A program made the position numbers and the translations under genes. 64,000 bases of DNA from the human T2T-CHM13v2.0 reference genome, Homo sapiens, in the NCBI RefSeq assembly GCF_009914755.1, contig NC_060931.1. The stretch is one strand, 5' to 3'. Shown piece after piece: positions 28,629-44,529 of this stretch (the first letter of the stretch is position 1; each line of letters opens with the position of its first letter). The notes below the pieces were generated by a model. That model had not been told where the DNA came from. It did no database searches and was given only the letters and a program-made list of their open reading frames with translations.

Positions 28629-30711
28629 TGTGTGTGTGTGTGTGTGTGGGTGTATGGCGTGTGTATTCAACACAAGAGAAACATCAAAAGTTATTCACCA
28701 TCCATATGCAGCTTCCTGTGTATGTGCTTTGGGAAATGCAAATATCAATAAGAAAATATTCTTCTGCTTGGTAGAGTCTACTAGGACAGAAGAATCACAT
28801 AAAAGAGAAAAATTATAAAAAGTAAAATGCAACACTATAGAGGTTTAGGGAGCTTTTCCACATATAAAGTTAAGATTTTTAAAATATTTTTTGTGTTTTA
28901 CATTTTAGACTCATAAAAGTACACTTCTTCATAACTAACGACTACAACTTTAAAAAGTCAGATATATTAGGGCTGGTCTTTGAAATGGGAGTTATTTCAT
29001 CCTCTAAAGCAAAATTACAAATGAAGTCCACTCAACTATTAAATTATCACAGGCATGACACAGTACCAAACTGAAGAAAAATGTGCATGATTCAGCACAA
29101 TAGGAAACTTGAAAAATTGTAGCACAACAAGCCTCCAGCTCAAACTACACGGTAGTCTTGTGAAATGATGGCCTCCCAAGGAGCCCTAATGGCCAGAGAG
29201 TTAGACTCATTTTTAAAAGCATTTTCCGCTGGAGGACGAGATTCATTGCCATCCATTATCAAACAGCATCAATATCAAAATCAATAATGATACTTCTGAA
29301 TACTATTAAAATATTGGCAATGAAGCCACGTTCTTACATTTCAGGGAGTAAAACAAATGAAAGATAAGAAAAGAATGCCAAAACAGCAGTTACATGATGA
29401 AGTGAGCAACGCAATCAAGCATAAGATGGACAGCCAAAAAGCTTCAAGGGCAAACTAAAGTAAAATTTGAACCAATGTAACAGCAACATCAATTGCTTCA
29501 GAACAGCAGCAGCAGAGAGGCATCACTGGAGGGAACAATTAGTGACAGTGACTTGATTGTGGAAAATTGAGTGCCTACAACAAAAGTAGGAGATAACGGA
29601 CACACCAACAAAAAACTACAGGAGGAATAGCTTTAATCATCCTCATCAAAATAATAGTATATGTAGGTCGAATACAGGTCACTTTTAGCTTTCCTCATCC
29701 TCACAGAAAACAGCACCAGGAGATATTATTAATGAATGCACAAAGTTCTAATGTGTGTCAAAAAATACAGTTCATTAAGCTGAACAGTGCGTGATTCAGA
29801 CTAGACATGTTTTCACAGATAATTAAGAAATCTTGGGTTAAACAGATGGAGAAGACAGATGCTGTTCCTTCTAAGTTCTCAAATTTTGGGGGTCAAGCTA
29901 TCCCATTATTTCTCTTAGCCAGCTGTGATGTAAATATGGAAAACACACCTGATTTGGTGGATGCTGCTCAGGCTATTATAAAAGCTAATGTAGTAACAAC
30001 ACTTTGATATAATTATCTGAAACTGGGAGACAACAGGAAAAGGTCATTTTGAAATTAACACAAGTTTCAATAATATCAAGGACTTATATAACACTAACAA
30101 TGTTCCAGTCACTTGTCTAACTGCTTCCCAATATTAACTCATTTAATCCTTGTAAAACTTCTGTGAGGTACAGGTAAACTGCTTTTCCGATGAGGACACT
30201 GAGATACTGGGAGGACAGATGGCTTGACCAAAGTCATACAACTAATAAGCAGCTGTACTTTAGAATATAAAGAGCTCCTGTATGACTACAGGAAGAAATT
30301 TAAGGGATACATGATTTCATTGTCTGGCAGGGTTTTTTTTTAATGGAAGAATCATTTTATTTACATCCATAAGATTTCACAGGAAAAACTATCAAGGATA
30401 TAACAAATTAACATCAATTTTTCTACATATTCTCTAACCATTAAATTCATAATTCCTTCAAATTAGAGGAGGATAAAGCTCTTTGGGCAATCACAAAGTA
30501 TATTGTTAATGCAGTTAACAAAGTATTTCAATATACATTTATTAAGTATCTTTATTATCTGCAAAATATTGAAGAATATGGAAAAGAACAGTGCGACTGA
30601 GGCATCTAGGGCTGACTGCCTGCATGAACACCTCACATTGCTGCATGATCCCAGTGGGGTTTCATTCTTTCTCCTTCTCAAAAATTTCTTGTAAACTTTC
30701 CAAGTCTTCTT

Positions 30712-32094
<1,383 letters not shown>

Positions 32095-34269
32095 TAAGTC
32101 CTTCACAACTTTGCCTTCTTTTGATAACCGTTTTACTCCTCTTTCATTTTCCCTTGTGCTTCCCTTCTGCTCTATAACAACAATGCTGCATATTTTGTCC
32201 TTTACAGTCTTTGCTAGCTGAATAGAACATCCTTTCTGGTCAGCAAAAGGACGATGCACATTACAGAATGGCCACACTTGCTCTTGCCCATTAGTTCTTG
32301 AATTCAACATGTAACACCTCCAAGTTTGTTGCCCCACTTGACAGCTGAGGGCAGGAAAGAGTTATTGTTAATCATCCTAGTGATTTGGCATAACAGCTGA
32401 ATTTGAAGCCTAGTTCTGATCTTCTATCATTACTATTTTGGATTTGCAAATAATGTGACTCTAAATTCTTTGTTTAATCTTTTAAAAATCCACTACAATT
32501 TTATCTGAATTGTCTTATTTGTCACTAAATGAGAAGTTGCAACAGTAAAGGTGTACACAGGAAGCAGAACTCAGAAACTCAGATTAAGAGAGGTGGCTGC
32601 TGTTTGGCTTATGTAAGAAAATACACTTCTTTAAAGTACTTCAAAGTAATTATTTGTATGCCATTAGCAGAATACTCATTTAAAACGATGGCAGTAAACA
32701 TTGTTTTAAAGTAATTAATTTTTATACACACTTGGTATGTAATTTTTGTATATACTTGGTAACAATGGGCTACTCTCTTTTTCAAAAAAACTGATACTTT
32801 AGACTGTGCCACTGAACAAATCTGAATTAGTGATGCCTTCCAGTTATAACCCTTCACAAACTTCTTTCCATGAATCTCAAATCACCAGTTTGGCTCAATG
32901 TCTCAAGTCTAAGGACTCAATGCCATATTACCATATCGGTGCTGCTCAGCTCAGATTAAACTGTAATCTTCTGGCAGTTAATCTGCATCTCTGCATCTCC
33001 TTTTTTTGTTGTTGTTGTTGTTGCTTACTGCCTGGATGTAAAGCAGACATTCTTTCTCCTTTATAATCTTTCTTCTCTATGTCAACACCTTTTTTCTTGA
33101 TTTTCTAAAGGGAAATCTATAATATTCTCTTTTATTATGAATCCCAAATCCTACCTACCATTTTCTGGAGAACTCAGTTCATATGCTATAGGTTTTGCTA
33201 TATAATAAAAGGTTTGCTTATGTTTAGATTATGTATACTCTCAATTTGATATATAGAGACATTTCTAGTTCTTTCATCCTTAAATATTTTCCTGCAAGGA
33301 CTAAAATGTACCTATCTTCAAGAATATATATTAGAACTGTGATTTCCTCTATGTAGCGTCTATTAATGCAATCTAAATAATGGCCCATAAAAATCAGCAA
33401 ATAATTAACAATGCTGGTGGAAATACCTGTAATCAACCAGATTTGAGATTAGGCAGAACTGAGTTTGAGCTCAGATTCTTTTCACTGAAGCTCCATAAAC
33501 TTTGTAAAATGAAGGTAGAGGTGAAGACTAAACAAGATAATAAGGGGAAGATTTTGACCAAGTACAGTGCTGTGTGCTCAATAGAAACATAACTACACAG
33601 ATATAGCCTTTCTTTTTTAGTTTCAAATATTTCCCTTGCAAATATATCATTGTATTATAAACATGTTATTAGTAACCTTAGTTGTAACAAAGCACATTTA
33701 CAAATATCACTATTAAACTGAAATAGAAATTTTCATAATATTTGTCTGAGCTCCTCACTTATTAGTTATTTTCTAAAAGTACAGCTTAAGTGTTCCACCA
33801 TGACAACATTGGTGCTGGTCCTGATACTGCTGGGGAATAGGGAGAAGCAGTATTTCTTTTATTCCACCCTCTGTGACAGTCTAACAGCTTTTGGCAGGCA
33901 GAGGAAGAAATAATTCCCAGTCTCCCCTTAAGTCTTGAATCTAAATCTTACATTTTTATGCTCAACCATAAGTTATTTATCTAGACAGGGATCTCACTGT
34001 CTCTCACATTCATTTTATGATGAATGTTTCACTGGGAAAAAAAGAGATTTCTTTGAATTATAATCCAGTGGGAATTCTATTATAGTTCAAGTTCACTATT
34101 GAGAAGAATGCATCAAAGCAGGTTTATTAACAGCATATTTTTCTTCTTATATTCTCCTGGAAGTATAATAAATTTCTACAATTTAATTATCATTATTAGA
34201 ATCTCAGGATGTAAATCTCATTGCATCATAACATCTAGGTTACATGTTACCAGACATACAGTACCCAAC

Positions 34270-34500
34270 TTGGGGTTAAGCCTACAGTATCTGGAGTCAA
34301 TGCTTGGGACCTAAATCACAGCTCTAATCTGTTACCCACTGGGTAATCTGGAGTAACTATTTAACATACCTGTGCCTCAGCTTCCCATTTGCATAAGGGG
34401 AAAGCAATAGTGCTCCACAAATGTGTTTTTGTAAGGTTTAAATGATAGGTATACTGATAAAGAGGTACCTGGCATATGGTCACTGCTAAATAAATATTAC
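34270..34500 (+). mobile_element. MIR SINE
   Basis: ctgtgcctcagcttcccatttgcataagggg and gtacctggcatatggt motifs. Confidence 0.7.
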
Positions 34501-37405
34501 ATATTATATTAAATAAATATACGTTGACAATATAAAAACTCTATATTGGAATAGGTTTTTTCATTTTAGGACAACAGTTATTGTGCAATGCATGAGTGTA
34601 GAACTCTGGTCAAATTGCTGACCCCTTGAACCTTAGGTCTTCTCAGATTATAAATCTCTGAGAGATATCTCCACTTCTTAAACATTATCTTTTAAAAAGT
34701 GTCATACATTATGAAAGACCTGAAAAACAAATCTTTGTAGTTTGCTAACCATCTTTAGCAACAATAGCAATATAAAATAAGTTCTCAATTGTTTGCAAAA
34801 GACTTAAAAAAAGATCAGAAACTTGTTTCTTAAAGATGACAGGACCAAAAGAAGATACCGAAAACATTTGTTTTTCTACATTTAAATTCTAATGAGCATA
34901 TTAAAAACAAAAGTGAAGACACAACATGGTGGGTCTAGGACCATTGGTGGCTTTTTCTCTTTGCCTCAGAGTATTGTTCTGTAAATCCATTATTTTTATC
35001 ATTCTGGCCTATAATGGGATTGGGAAGTTGTTTGGCCTAGTGTTTCTCAAGAAGGAATGTCCAGGATGCTTTACTTCACTCTCTTAGAATTTACATTGCA
35101 AAATCAATAATGATAGATTGTTTCCTTATTTATTGAACCTAGAATTGTTAGAAATACCATAGACATGGCTAGTAAAAACATTCACAAGGAAAGTTTAGGA
35201 AGGGTTCAGTAATATTAAAATGTAGTTAATACAGGTATAAAATGGGATTTTAAAATACCTAGTCATATGGATAAGGACAAAAATACTCTTTTGCGATACA
35301 TGGTCTATAAATTATTTTAGTGAATTTTTGTGATTTGATCAATTTCTTAGTTATCTCTGAGAATGATAAAAAGTTTATAAAATATTTAAAATGTAATGTT
35401 CACATACCACAAATTCAAAATTGTATTTATTAATATTAGAATCATATTTATGTTGTTAATATTAAACAATATACCATGATCAAGAATCCAAAGACAGTTT
35501 AATATTAGGAAATCTGTTAATAGTAAAATTCAACATCAATAAGCCAAAAGAAAAAATACATCTTTATTTTGTCAGATAGCAAAATAATAATCTGACTAGC
35601 AAAGGAGGAACACAAGGATACTTCGCTAACATGATACAGCAACCCGAAAGTTGACATAATTTCAAATAATGAAATACTACAAGGATTTCCATTAATGATA
35701 AGAATAAGGCAAGAGTAATATTTTAGATATACCAGACTGCAATAAAATTTAAAAATTAATAAATGTTATAAATATATTCTAGGAAGAGACAACTGTATAT
35801 CAGTACATAAGTTATGATAAAGCCATTCAAAAGAGTAGCACATGAATATTTATTTAATGGTTTGGGGGTAAACAATGCATTTAAAAGAGAAACCCAATGT
35901 ATTCACCTAACATTATATATGAAGATTACAGATACATTAAAAGAAAATTATCAAAACAAAACATCAAAACTCATGGCAAGAGAAAACCAAAGGTGAATAT
36001 TTATGCAAATACAGGCTAAGAAAATCATTTCTATAAAATATAAAAGAAAGAAATGATGTTAGAGAGGTGTTGATAAATATGACCATATAAAGCTTATGGT
36101 TACAAAGATGGATTGAAGTGACCAATTTGCTTCTTGGAAAATATGAAAACTGGAATGCTTCTTGAAAGCACCAGAAGAAAGTCTGTTCTGTGAACTATTT
36201 TTTTAAATGAACTCCTAGGATAAATGGGATATACTTTTATAAAAGTATAAAAACAATATATTAAGTCAAATAACTTAGATCATTTGCTATATAACTTTTT
36301 CCATTAATTTTCTTTGAAAATGTAAGCAATTTGTTATAAAATAGCTTAAATATGAGAATTCAGTAAAATTTCCAGGGTATTAAGAATAGATAACATACTA
36401 TGGTTTTCTCATTAGCTATTGAATTTCACTTGTGGTGATGGTTTCACAGGTAAATATTTGCAAACTTACCAACTTATATATATTAAATAGGTAAAATTTT
36501 TTGCATGACAATCATCTCCATAAAGTAGTTTAAAAATTGCATCCAAAATGTTTTCAAAGATTCAATGGACAATAAATGAAACTTTTAGGACACTTTGTGT
36601 TTTTGTAATATGTGGAATGAAATGTTTTCATCTGTATGACTATGGAAACTTCAAAGTTGGAGGAACAAACTGAATATTTTTATACAGATGGAAATCTCAT
36701 TTTTCCACAAATATCTTAGCAGTATACTATTTCACAGATAGTTTCTGTTAGACTCTGTCACTATGTACCTTCTTAAAGGTATAGTTGTATTAATATAGTA
36801 ATTAGCATGAAAAATATTCCATGGAAGGTTAAAGAAAATGGGGGTTTCAACCAAACCAACAGCACCATTATTTTCTTTAAAGTCTTATAGACAGAAGGTT
36901 TAAAGGATCTTTTAAAAGATCTGAGCATACTGAAATTTTCATAGTAGTACAAAACAGAGCATGTACATAAAGTGTAATAAATGGAATGTTGTAATGGACT
37001 AGAAGGCGGTAAGGTGATTATGGAAGCTATCATGTGCAAGCTCGCATAAATGTAAGGCTGTAATAAAAAACATAAGTGGATGGTTTCTGAACCTGGAGTA
37101 CTATTTAACAACATTAGTAAATTTGGATTATACACCTTCAGGACCAGGAATGGAATAATGGTTGAATATCATAAAATTGTTTTAAGATAACATGACTTCA
37201 AATTCGAGCTAGTGTTTGAATTTTAAAATATTTTTTCTCCACACTTTTATTATAAAAATAGTGATGGTAGGAAGTCCACTGTATTGCATTTAACAATACT
37301 TTTAGTTCTAAGAATTGTAATAGTACTCTCTCATCACACATTGTAGCAGAAAAATCTATTTTCCTTACCCATTTTTGACCTTATAAAAGTACTTTTATAA
37401 AAAAA

Positions 37406-37783
37406 ATTCCACATATAAGTGAGATCATGCCGTATTTTTCTTTCTGTGTCTGCACACAGAAAAAGAGAATGAAAGAGTGGTTATCACAGGTGGCGAGGGG
37501 GACGGAAATGGGGAGATGTAGGTCAAAGGATACAAAAGAGCGAATATGTAGGATGACAAGTTTAGAGATCTAACATATGACATGAGGACTAAAGTTAATA
37601 CAATCCTATTGTATTAGGGATCTTTGTTAAATAAGTAGATTGTAGCTGCTCTTGTTACGAAGAAAGTAACTGTGAGATAGTAGATGTTAACCTGCCTCAC
37701 GATAGTAACCATTTTACTCTCTCTATGAATCCCATAACATTATGTTGTAAACCTTAAATATGCACAATAAAATTTATTTTTTT
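37406..37783 (+). mobile_element. Old L1 3' end (L1MB1/L1MA10-like) with a short inverted 5' segment
   Basis: 37453-37783 is a forward L1 3' UTR. 37406-37452 is the reverse complement of the adjacent upstream L1 motif (cagacacagaaag..catgatctcacttatatgtggaa). Confidence 0.75.
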
Positions 37784-38509
37784 AAAAGACACTTTATCAT
37801 CTTTTAAAAGATATCCTTCTCTGGAAAAGAGGGATTCTGATAACATTAAAATTACTTTAACTGTGTTTTAAAGCTATAAGAAATAATAAAAAATTTTAAT
37901 ATAGAACAAAAAAACCCTTATATAATGTTTCCTCAACAACTCTGGGATCTGAACACCATTAATAATTTATACTAATGGTTACATTTTTAATATAAAACTT
38001 ATTAACAAAATGGTTATCTGTAGGTACGTCAAAATTGACAAAAATATCTGAAAGGTATTAACATAGATATGCATTTAACAAATTAGTGTTGGGAAACTGT
38101 CAGAATTTATGCCCAGTCACTTCTGGTGATTAAAAGAATATTCCATTCAGATTCAAAATTGTGAAATAAAATATCTGTTTTAACAGTTATATATGAAATT
38201 TCAGAGTATCAAATCAAATTGTGTACATTGGGATTAAAAACAGAGACATTTTGGCTGTGATTGACAGCAGAGCTAATGCAACAAGAATCATTATGATAAC
38301 TAAAAAAAAGAATATTGATACTTAGTTACTCTTCTTAACTAACAGGTGGGGCTGATACTCAATCAGCCAATAAGATGGAATAGCCAAGCTATAGTTACTC
38401 TAAGTTGTCAAGGTAACACATTCATCCTTGAGATTTTCTCATTAATCTCCTCTCATGCTTAGGTTTATGGAATAACACCGAGGACAATTCCACTCCTTTA
38501 CTACTTGGC

Positions 38510-38770
38510 TGCTATGATCTGAATGTGTGCCTTCAAATTCAAATTGAAAACTATCCCCATTGTGGTGGTATTAAAAGGTGGTGCCTTTGGGAAGATGACT
38601 AAGTAATAAAGGCTTTGCCCTCATGATGGGATCAGTGACCTTATATGAGAGGTTGAAGGGGGCTGTTTTGGCACTTCAGCCATGTTGAGGACACAGCAAC
38701 AAGGAGCCATTCTGAAGCAGAGAGTAAGCCCTCACCAGACACTGAATTTGTGGGCCCCTCGATCTTTGGC
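38510..38770 (+). mobile_element. MST/MLT1A-like LTR, 3' truncated
   Basis: tgctatgatctgaatgt start; gccatgttgaggacacagcaacaagg; agccctcaccagacac. Confidence 0.8.
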
Positions 38771-38901
38771 ATCTCAGGATGTGTGTATTTTTGTGGATAT
38801 ATATGTATACACACACACACGTTATATATAAATAGTGAAAAGTTCATATGCCTCTTCAAAATTTATTTACTTCAACAGAGATGGCTCACAAATTTTTATG
38901 C

Positions 38902-38902
<1 letters not shown>

Positions 38903-38937
<35 letters not shown>
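38903..38937 (+). repeat. (TG)n microsatellite
   Basis: About 17 uninterrupted TG units. Confidence 0.95.
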
Positions 38938-38939
<2 letters not shown>

Positions 38940-41900
38940 ACATTAACTTAGAGGACATTTGCTTCTGAATTCAGCTCTCAGCTGTTTGGAGCCTCTGGGT
39001 ATGATTCAAGTCTTAGAATTGGCAAGGAATTCTCTCCTATCTTTACATCAGTGGGATTTCCATTTGCTTACTTTGGAATTGTTTACTTTTCTACTTTCCT
39101 CTTGCTTTTCTGTGTAGACCATAGTCACTTCCTCCACCTCTGATTCTTCCTAAGGCTTTCGATTACCACTTAGACGTTCAACTTTTAACCTCTTCTATCA
39201 TATCTCTGTATTGCAACTTGTTACACTACTTTCTAATTCTAAAAAATCAACACTACCACGAAAGTAACATTGTTTACTATCAATGGCTTAAATGTGCAAA
39301 CTATTGATTTTATTTTAAAAAATGAGGTTTTTTTCCAGAAATTATTATGACTCCTGTTTATACTTCTGCAATTTTGGTCCCTACTCTCTGGTATTCCAAT
39401 TTTGTTATTTGTTATATTCTCTTTTGTCATAATCATATGACGTGCTAAATTTAACTGTTGGCTTTCAATAATTTAATTATCAACTTGGACTTTTCCCTTT
39501 AGTACTCACCTATATAAGCATTTAAAACAATGGTGATGTGTTCTAGAACAATATATTCTAATTTCATAGTAGGTCTAGATGTCTTCCTTGCCTTCCTTCT
39601 TTATTTCTTCTTTTTTTAAATTTGGAACATGATGGAAATTTTAATAAATTTTTCAAAAAACAAACTATAGCAATAATCAAGTCAAATATTTAAATTCGTA
39701 TTGATTTAAACGACCTGATTTAAAACTTTTGAACACTTTTAAATGAATAATTTACATTATTTAATCTCAAAATCATAAAAATCATTTTGTAGATAGTAAA
39801 TAATGATATTTCCCCAAATTAAAATAATAATATTCCTGCTTGCTTAATGATTATATACATAGAAAACCTGCAATTTGAAATTTACCTGAGATTAGCATCT
39901 AGCCTAGTTTCATTTTCAAATTCAGATCATAATTATAGTTTTTCCTTTGGCTCTGGTATAATTCTCTTCTATTAAGACCATTCATTTTTCTTAACACAAC
40001 ATTGTTTGCTAAAAAGGCATGCTAAAACATGCCTTTTAAATCTCTGACCCTTATTGTTGATAAATACCTAACTTTTCTATTGCATTCATTGAAATGTATC
40101 CTAAGCTTACTTACTTTTAGTTCAGACTACAGTGACACCTCTGTATATACAAGTACCTATCAATACAGGTAATCAGAGAGAGTTCAACATATACCAATAC
40201 TTAGAAAACTGTTAACTGGGTTTATTTTATTTAACAATGACATCTATAAAACATGATGAGACTTTTATCACGTAAGTTATTCTTAGTTCATTAGAGAGTC
40301 AGTTGAGGCTTACATGGACATTGAATGGGCAACTTATTTTAAGGAAAAGAATATTCAAATTATGGTAAAGTATGTAAATGTAATTAAAATTATTTTTATT
40401 TTTATTTTATAATAAGAATATTTAGAGAGTTGCCTCACCCTTTGACAATAATGAATCTTACAGAAAGGCAAATGATTTCACAGAGTGGGAGGTCATCTAG
40501 TTCATATTGTACATTCCACTCTTAATGAGAAAGGTGAAAAAGAAAAATAATAATCAGGCTAAATCAGAGACTTAACCAAAAAGGCAGTTTTCAATATATG
40601 TCTTGAAATCAAATCAGACTCAACTTTATGAACCACATATATGTAGTCATTAAAAAAAAAAAAAAACACAGTCTTGACCCAAAGCTGGGTATGAGTAAAC
40701 AATAATTTCAAAAGAGAATCACAGCAATGGTAGCATTATTAAAATAAGTATATAACCTTTCCATAATTTAGTATATTTTGGGATGCTTCTTAGAAATTCA
40801 GAAACGTCAAAGTTTTACTGTGCATACTGGAGAAAGAGTTTTTATAAAATACCTAAAACACTTCTTTTTTTTAAACAAAAAGTTGATCTTAAGATTTCTT
40901 GAGATGTTGTGGCATAATTGTATTGATTAAGTAAGATACCTAATGTGTTAACAAATAAAATGCATATCTTCTATCCACATATCCTTAATTAATAAATTAA
41001 GATAATCTATATTTTTAATTTTAACATTGACAGATATCAAGGACAATTTCAAATTTGTGTTATTTCATAAACGCTATGGTCAGTATGCCATAAAAGAAAT
41101 TACGTACGATGATAAGTATCATAAAATTTCTTATGGAATAGCTAAATTGCAAAATTCCTAGGAAATAAAATTAAATTTCTGAGATGTTAACTAAAAATAA
41201 AATATACTTGAAAGAGAGAAGACTAACTTATGAATGTGCTGTAATTATTTTGCATCATACTGGCATTTATGGTGCTTGCCTTTTCTGTCTTTGACTCTAT
41301 TAACTGTTTAGTAGCAAATGCCACATCATAAGGGATATTTTTAAATAATGCCTATGTAAATAGCATTATTCTATTTTAAAAGTTACATGTATCAGAAAGT
41401 TTTTCTTTTCTAACCATTTTGAGAAAAATTATAAAAGCTTTTCCCAGATATCAAGATACTTATTTCTAGCCAACCTGGAAATAAGTCATTATATTTGACT
41501 TAAAAGTTGCAATAGATTCTATGAGAATAAAAGGAATCCTAGTGTATATAATGGGGTAGGGGAAGGGGAGAAATGGTTTACTGTCTGAATCCCCTTTTAC
41601 TCACTAGAAGACTAGGGCTGGCTGGGACCAGTTTGGGTTTCCTGAGTCTAGAGCTATCCCCATGGTTCCAATAGCTTAGAGAAGTTGACAAGGGACCTAG
41701 GGGAGACTCCTATGCAAAACTGAGATTCAAATGCTATGAGGAGTTCATTATTTCCCCAATTATATATGGGTGCTTTTTAAGTAACAGAAACTGTAGGGTT
41801 TTTATGAAATTTATATTTTAATGCAATCAGTATATATTCCATGCCCAACAGTCCAGAAAAACACTGAATATAAGATTACACAGTTTAGAATTTAGATGTG

Positions 41901-43296
41901 TGTTCAGAGAAGACAGCAGGTATAAATAAATTAGGAGTTTCCCATATGGCCACCAGTCACCTTGGCCTGATGAAATTTCCGTTTATAAGTCTGGGTTTGC
42001 ATGGCTCCTAAAAATGTCTGAATGACTAGAAGAACCAGAAACTCAGGACGCAATTCCACTCTGGATGGAAGGAGCTGAGCAGAACAAAATCTTCAGGTAC
42101 AGTATTATTTTTCTTGAAGACAAGACAACTCTGTATGGCTTTACCCAAGTATAATCTTCTCCATTTGGAAAGTTTTAGAATTTTATAGACAAAATAACCT
42201 GAACATTTCAAAAAAAGAGTAAATATTAAATAAAACATTAAAGCAAATTATATAGCAATAGAAATAGAGCAGCAATCCTATTTTATTTAGAAGTCAGTTA
42301 TAAATGACATTCACAAATTATATCAAGAAGGTTTTATTTTCAGTATGAGATGCTGGAGGAGGGTGCATAGAAGAGATGGTCAGGAAAAGGTAGAGTGTTG
42401 AGTTTCGAGAGGAGGTGAAGAAATTGTCTTTCTGCAATTAAAGTATGTGGGAATAGTCAAATCAAAGCACTATCTGTAAAGATTTTGATCCCAGGGCAGA
42501 GTTCCGTGCAATCCCCTCTTCCTATTCTTCGAAGCGTGGATTTTATGAACTCAAGTCATATTGCAGGGCAAGAAAGTTTTGGTAGAGAGCAAAAACTTGG
42601 GAAGAGCAACATTCAGACTAAGGGATGCATTTCAGGAGAGATAAGTACTTCCAACCTTTCCTCTCTGAATTAGCAGAAAGAGCCTACAGTACATTGTGTG
42701 ACAGCCTCCCTCTTTTGAGTCCCCAGCCATCATCTGTGTAGAGGCTCATGGCCCAGAATAAACAGCCCAATTCATAGTATCCTAAATCTGTCAAATATCT
42801 TACTCTGAGAGTGAGGAAAGCGTGGAACTCAATACACGAAATGTAGCTACAGAAATTATGATATATTAATACTCTATCCCAGGGCTCTGTTTATCCCTGA
42901 CAGTTTTTACATAAAGAACTTTGAGAAATTTCAGAAGTTGACTTCCTGAGTGAATGAATGAAAACATGAATGAAGATAACAAATTAAAGCCTAAATGTCT
43001 CAGATACTTTGGAAAATGAGTAGAAACAAGCTCTTTTTTGTACTTAGAGGAAACAGGGAAAGCTGGTTTAATAAAATAATCCATAAATTTTGCAAATGTA
43101 GATTAATATAAGAAAATGAACTCTCATAATAACAAAGATTCAAAACAAACTAAAAGGTAAAAAAATATACAGAAAATGACTTCATTCTGGCTTTAGACTC
43201 CATTCTTATTACGGACAACTTAGGATTGTTGTAAAAATCTGTTAAAGAAACGGTTAAAAGAAGGAAAAAATGTATTCTAAAAGCAATTACCTTTAA

Positions 43297-43317
43297 CATA
43301 TATATATATATATAGAC

Positions 43318-43348
<31 letters not shown>

Positions 43349-44529
43349 TATATATATATATATATATATACACACTTTACTGTAAGTTCCAGGCTACATG
43401 TGCAGAGTGCACAGGTTTGTTACATAGGTATACGTGTGCTATAGTGGTTTGCTGCACCTTTCATGCCGTCATGTAGGTGTTTTTTGTTTGTTTGTTTGTT
43501 TTTGTTTGTTTGTTGAGACGGAGTCTTGCTCTGTCACCCAGGCTGGAGTGGCGCGATCTCGGCTCACTGCAAGCTCCGCCTCCTGGTTCACACCATTCTC
43601 CTGCCTCAGCCTCCCCAGCAGCTGGGACTACAGGCGCACGCCACCACACCCGGCTAATTTTTTTGTATTTTTAGTAGAGACGGGGTTTCACCATGTTAGC
43701 CAGGATGGTCTTGATCTCCTGACCTCGTGATCTGCCCGCCTTGGCCTCCTAACGTCATCTAGGTTTTAAGCCCTGCATGCATTAGATATTCGTCCTAATG
43801 CTCTCCCTCCCCTTGACTCACCACCCTCCGACAGGCCCCGGTGTGTGATATTCCCTTCCCTGTTTCCATGTGTTTTCATTGTTCAGCTACCACTTATGAG
43901 TAAGAACATCTGGTGTTTGGCTCTCTGTTCCTGTGTTAGTTTGCTGAGAATGATGGCTTCCAGCTTCATCCATGTCTCTGCAAAGGACATTATCTCATTC
44001 TTTTTTATGGCTGCATAGTATTCCATGGTGTACATGTGCCACATTTTCTTTAACCAGTCTATGATTGACAGGCCTTTGGGTTGCTTCCATGTCTTTGCTA
44101 TTGGAGACAGTGCTGCAATAAACATACGTGTGCATGTGTCTTTATAGTAGAACGATTTATATTCCTTTGGGTATATACCCAGTAATGGCATTACTAGGTC
44201 AAATGGTATTTCTGGTTCTAGATCCTTGAAGAATCACCATGCTGTCCTCCACAGTGATTGAACTAATTAACAATCCCACCAACAGTGTAAAAGCATTCCT
44301 ATTTCTCCACAGCCTCGCCAGCATCTTTTGTTTCCTGACTTTTTAATAATCACCTTTCTTACTGGAGTGAGATGGTGTCTCATTGTGGTTTTGATTTGCA
44401 TTTCTCTAATGATCAGTGATGATTAGCTTTTTTTCATATGTTTGTTGGCAGCATAAATGTCTTCTTTTGAGAAGTGTCTGTTCATAACCTTTGCCCACTT
44501 TTTGATGGAGTTACTTGTTTTTTTCTTGA
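43297..44529 (-). mobile_element. L1PA8-like 3' fragment with a TA-microsatellite tail, interrupted by AluY
   Basis: ORF2 C-terminal remnant 43883-44191; aggttttaagccctgcatgcattag motif; interrupted (TA)n 43297-43370. Confidence 0.9.
43479..43752 (-). mobile_element. 5'-truncated AluY inside the L1PA8
   Basis: gcaagctccgcc and ttagccaggatggtc diagnostics; TSD cgtcat(g/c)taggt at 43467-43478 and 43753-43764. Confidence 0.92.
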
